A stretch of 64,000 nt of DNA from assembly GCA_963785305.1 (NCBI GenBank), contig CAWAUV010000008.1:1-64000 (forward strand). Reading direction: 5' to 3'. The DNA is from an uncultured Planctomycetaceae bacterium. GTDB taxonomy: Bacteria; Planctomycetota; Planctomycetia; Pirellulales; PALSA-1355. The notes below the pieces were generated by a model. That model saw only the letters and a list, made by a program, of their open reading frames with translations, had not been told where the DNA came from and searched no databases. Every line of letters starts with the position of its first letter. The first letter of the stretch is position 1. This document shows, in pieces, positions 60,766 to 64,000 of this stretch. The position numbers and the translations under genes were made by a program.

Positions 60766-61336
60766 TTACTTCAAAATCTTGCCGGTGTCGGCCACGATGC
60801 TCTTCACGGCGCTATCGTTCAACTGGCCGACCGCGAGGGCGTGGTTCGCCTCGACCTTGCCGCCCCGATAGATCAGCACCGTGACTTCCGCGTCGGGATT
60901 GATGTTGTAGCTCTCCGGACCGTTGGCGCTGTCGACCGGCACCACCAAGGCGACATTCTCGATGTTATTGTTCGACACCAAGTCCTTGGCCTCTTTCTTC
61001 AAGGTTTCGGGCTTCGAGCCGATCAGATTCACGAAGCTCGACAGCTTCTGATCCGAATTCTTCTCGACCGCCTTGTTCGAGCTCCTTGACCAGCGAAGCC
61101 AAGTTCTTGTCGGCCTTGCGGGCAAAGACCATGACCACCGGCTTGTTGCCGAGCATGCAGCGGTAACACAACTGCTTGCCGACCGACACATTGTCGTTCA
61201 CGGCGCCGGCCACTTTTTCGACGTAGAACGCGCCCACCATGTCGCCCACCTGAGGGCCGCTCTTGAGCTCGGCCGCCTGGGCGACGAGGGATCCGGCAAA
61301 CGCCAGGGCGCAAAACATTGCAACGACGTGCTTCAT
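60766..61336 (-). CDS. Secreted hypothetical protein, possible thioredoxin-like fold, frameshift near 61078
   Basis: Signal peptide MKHVVAMFCALAFAGSLVAQA; SGPQVGD, CYRC, PVVMVFAR; continues SFVNLIG..YNINPDAEVTVLIY. Confidence 0.7.
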
Positions 61337-61746
61337 CGGGAATCTCCTAACTGGCAAAAAGAAAGTTTGAGGGGGCAAAAACAATGCGGGGGGCTAATGC
61401 AATGCGCGGGGGGAACGACGGCAAACTCACCCGGACTCGCGGGGGCAGCGAGGGGCCCGCCCATCGCGAAATCCAGCAAAAATACGCGGCTCGCGATGGT
61501 CCGCCTATTGTAGCGCCGCCACCGGGTCGGGCAATACCGCCGGCGCGGAGATAACGTGCGCCGGCATATGCCGGTCGAATTGCCATCGCTCGAATTGCAT
61601 CGCTCGGCGGCGGGCATAGAATAAGGGGAGTTGCATCGGCCCTCGGCAGGCGACAGCGCAGCCGCCAGGGCTCCCGAACAACGCCGTCGCCCCCCTGGCG
61701 GCGTTTCTCCTCCCCAATTCACCCTCGAATCGAAGGAACGCTCGCA

Positions 61747-63219
61747 ATGGCCACGCTCACTTCTCGCGCCGCGCAGCCCCAAGTGCGGCAAACGCAATGT
61801 TTCATCGGCGGACAATGGCAACCGGCCCAAAGCGGCAAGACTTTCGAGACGATGAACCCCGCCACCGAGGAAGTGATCGCCCAGGTGGCCGAGGGCGACG
61901 AAGCCGATGTGGACTTGGCCGTGGCCGCGGCGCGAGAGGCTTTTGATCATGGTCCCTGGCGCAAGATGGACGTGCGCGATCGGGGTCGCATTCTCTACAA
62001 GCTCGCCGATCTGATCGAAGACGAAATCGAGGAGCTCGCCGCGCTCGAAACCCTCGACAACGGCAAGCCGATCCGCGAATCGAGTTCCGGCGACTTGCCG
62101 CTCGTGATCGATGTGCTGCGATACTACGCGGGCTTCGCCGACAAGATTCACGGCCAAACGATCCCGGTGCGCGGCAACTACTTCACCTACACCCGCCGCG
62201 AGCCGGTGGGTGTGGCCGGGCAGATTATTCCCTGGAATTTTCCGATGCTGATGGTGGCCTGGAAATGGGCCCCCGCGCTCGCGGCTGGCTGCACGATCGT
62301 GATGAAGCCCGCCGAGCAAACACCGCTTACCTGCCTGCGCATGGCGCGGCTGGCGCAAAAAGCCGGCGTGCCCGACGGAGTGATCAATGTGGTGCCTGGC
62401 TACGGGCCCACGGCCGGCGCCGCGATCGTGAAGCATCGCGATGTCGACAAAGTAGCCTTCACCGGCGAGCATCGCACGGCGCAGATCATCATGCGCGACG
62501 CCAGCCAGACCCTCAAGCGACTCACCTTCGAGCTGGGTGGCAAGAGCCCGAATATCGTGTTTGCCGACGCCGATCTCGACGCCGCGGCGGCGGGAGCGCA
62601 TGTGGGCCTGTATCTCAATCAAGGCCAATGTTGCTGCGCCGGCAGCCGGCTGTTCGTCGAGGACAAGGTGCATGACAAATTGATCGACAAGCTGGTGGCG
62701 ATGAACAAGAGCCGCAAGCTCGGCGATCCGTTTGACCCGGCCACGGAGCAAGGCCCGCAGGTGGATCAAGCGCAGTTCGACAAGATCATGCGCTACATCG
62801 ACATTGGCAAGAGCGAAGGCGCCGAGTGCCTCAGCGGCGGCAAGCGGCACGGTCAGCGCGGCTACTACATCGAGCCGACTTTGTTCGCCGGCGTGACCGA
62901 TGAAATGACGATCGCCAAGGATGAGATCTTTGGCCCGGTGCTCTCCGTGCTCCGGTTCAAGAATGTCGACGACCTCGTGGAGCGCGGCAACAACACGATG
63001 TTTGGCCTCGCGGCCGGAGTGTGGACGCGCGACATCGGCAAGGCGCATCGGCTGGCCCATGAGCTTCGGGCCGGCACGGTGTGGATCAACTGCTACGATG
63101 TATTCGACGCCGGGGCGCCGTTTGGCGGCTTCAAGATGTCGGGCCTGGGGCGCGAGCTCGGCGAAAAAGGACTCGAAGCCTACACGGAAAACAAAACCGT
63201 CACCGTCAGTCTTGCCTGA
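61747..63219 (+). CDS. Aldehyde dehydrogenase
   Basis: [48 protein letters not shown]. Confidence 0.96.
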   Translation: MATLTSRAAQPQVRQTQCFIGGQWQPAQSGKTFETMNPATEEVIAQVAEGDEADVDLAVAAAREAFDHGPWRKMDVRDRGRILYKLADLIEDEIEELAALETLDNGKPIRESSSGDLPLVIDVLRYYAGFADKIHGQTIPVRGNYFTYTRREPVGVAGQIIPWNFPMLMVAWKWAPALAAGCTIVMKPAEQTPLTCLRMARLAQKAGVPDGVINVVPGYGPTAGAAIVKHRDVDKVAFTGEHRTAQIIMRDASQTLKRLTFELGGKSPNIVFADADLDAAAAGAHVGLYLNQGQCCCAGSRLFVEDKVHDKLIDKLVAMNKSRKLGDPFDPATEQGPQVDQAQFDKIMRYIDIGKSEGAECLSGGKRHGQRGYYIEPTLFAGVTDEMTIAKDEIFGPVLSVLRFKNVDDLVERGNNTMFGLAAGVWTRDIGKAHRLAHELRAGTVWINCYDVFDAGAPFGGFKMSGLGRELGEKGLEAYTENKTVTVSLA

Positions 63220-63239
63220 CTCCGAGGGCCGCTCGAACC

Positions 63240-63854
63240 ATGGGGCCCGTGCGTTTTCGGCGATCCTTGCGTCGTGGGTGGTCGTGGCTCGTCGCGCGCC
63301 TGGGGTTCGGGCGGCGGATGCTGCCCACCGCGGCCCGCGGCGCGGCGCTTGCCGGCGCGCCGCTCGTGGTCACGGTCGTGGAACAAGACGGGTTCACGGT
63401 CACGCTCCCCGGCGCGTGGCGTCAGCGGCGCACGGCCGATGGTTGGGAACTGACCGAGGCCGAGGGTTCGCATCGTCTGACGATTCGCGCGAGGCAACTG
63501 CTCCTGCCGGTGGCCGATGGCGCTTTGGCGGGCTTGGTTGACCGGCTATTCGAGGAACATCGGCGATGGGCGATGAGCGTTGGCGCCGATTTGGTGTGGG
63601 CCGACGCCCCGCCCGTGGCCACCGCGCATCGGGCTCAGCGGCGTGGCGTGGGCGAGTGCCCGCGCGATACGCTCCGCGTGGCCCTGCTGACCCGCTCCGA
63701 TGGCAGGCAAATGCTCTCGGCCTCGCTCGTATGTCGTAATTTAGAGAGTCGTGGCACATCGAGCTCGGCGGCCTTCGGCGCCTTGGCGGCGGCGGTGTTC
63801 GACCAGCTCGATCTTCGCGGCGATCGCAAGTCCAACGGCCGGCGAAGTCATTGA
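63240..63854 (+). CDS. Hypothetical protein
   Basis: Open frame after aldehyde dehydrogenase; no recognised motif; start uncertain. Confidence 0.35.
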   Translation: MGPVRFRRSLRRGWSWLVARLGFGRRMLPTAARGAALAGAPLVVTVVEQDGFTVTLPGAWRQRRTADGWELTEAEGSHRLTIRARQLLLPVADGALAGLVDRLFEEHRRWAMSVGADLVWADAPPVATAHRAQRRGVGECPRDTLRVALLTRSDGRQMLSASLVCRNLESRGTSSSAAFGALAAAVFDQLDLRGDRKSNGRRSH

Positions 63855-63914
63855 AGCGACGCGGCACGCGCCGCCGACGCGAGAGCGCGGCCGCCGATCG
63901 GCGTCGGGAGCATG

Positions 63915-63950
63915 CTAGCAGCCTGCCGAATATTTCAACAGGCTTGCTAG
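63915..63950. repeat. 36-bp CTAG-bounded palindromic element
   Basis: CTAGCAGCCTGCCGAATATTTCAACAGGCTTGCTAG; shares ends and GAATATTTCAA core with 26036-26070. Confidence 0.55.
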
Positions 63951-64000
63951 CACGGGGCGCTCGTCGGCGACTGGCGGTCGCCATTCGCGGCGATTCGCGG

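Overview
GC-rich bacterial DNA whose gene content and protein styles suggest a Planctomycete (inference). Many core genes carry single-base indels, most likely uncorrected long-read errors. 1-25 kb: housekeeping and signalling genes (nuoI, class V aminotransferase, truB, prpD-family, Ser/Thr kinase, hemB, ispE, spoVG, ybeY, 7TM-HD, phoH, cdsA, uppS, purA, iscA-like, diguanylate cyclase, GAF-PAS-PilZ, tatD, HDAC). 25-33 kb: accessory segment (AKR, cupin, 5'-truncated SGNH hydrolase abutting a 5'-truncated hsdR, rlmN-like, hybrid kinase). 34-56 kb: type IV pilus/T2SS-like cluster (pilB, pilT, second pilB, pilC, four prepilins, a giant PilX/PulK-like protein). The most unusual feature is a set of structured tandem arrays in and around that cluster: a 9-unit 174/182-bp hairpin array directly upstream of a GxxExxY (PD-(D/E)XK-fold) gene; a 198-bp REPIN-like array that reads as the leader of a prepilin; and 131-bp and 205-bp hairpin arrays bracketing an NAD-dependent formate dehydrogenase and containing copies of the neighbouring gene's 3' end. 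Solo hairpins of the same design sit just after stop codons. Together they suggest an uncharacterised nuclease-associated repeat system analogous to REP/RAYT. No CRISPR, tRNA or rRNA was recognised.
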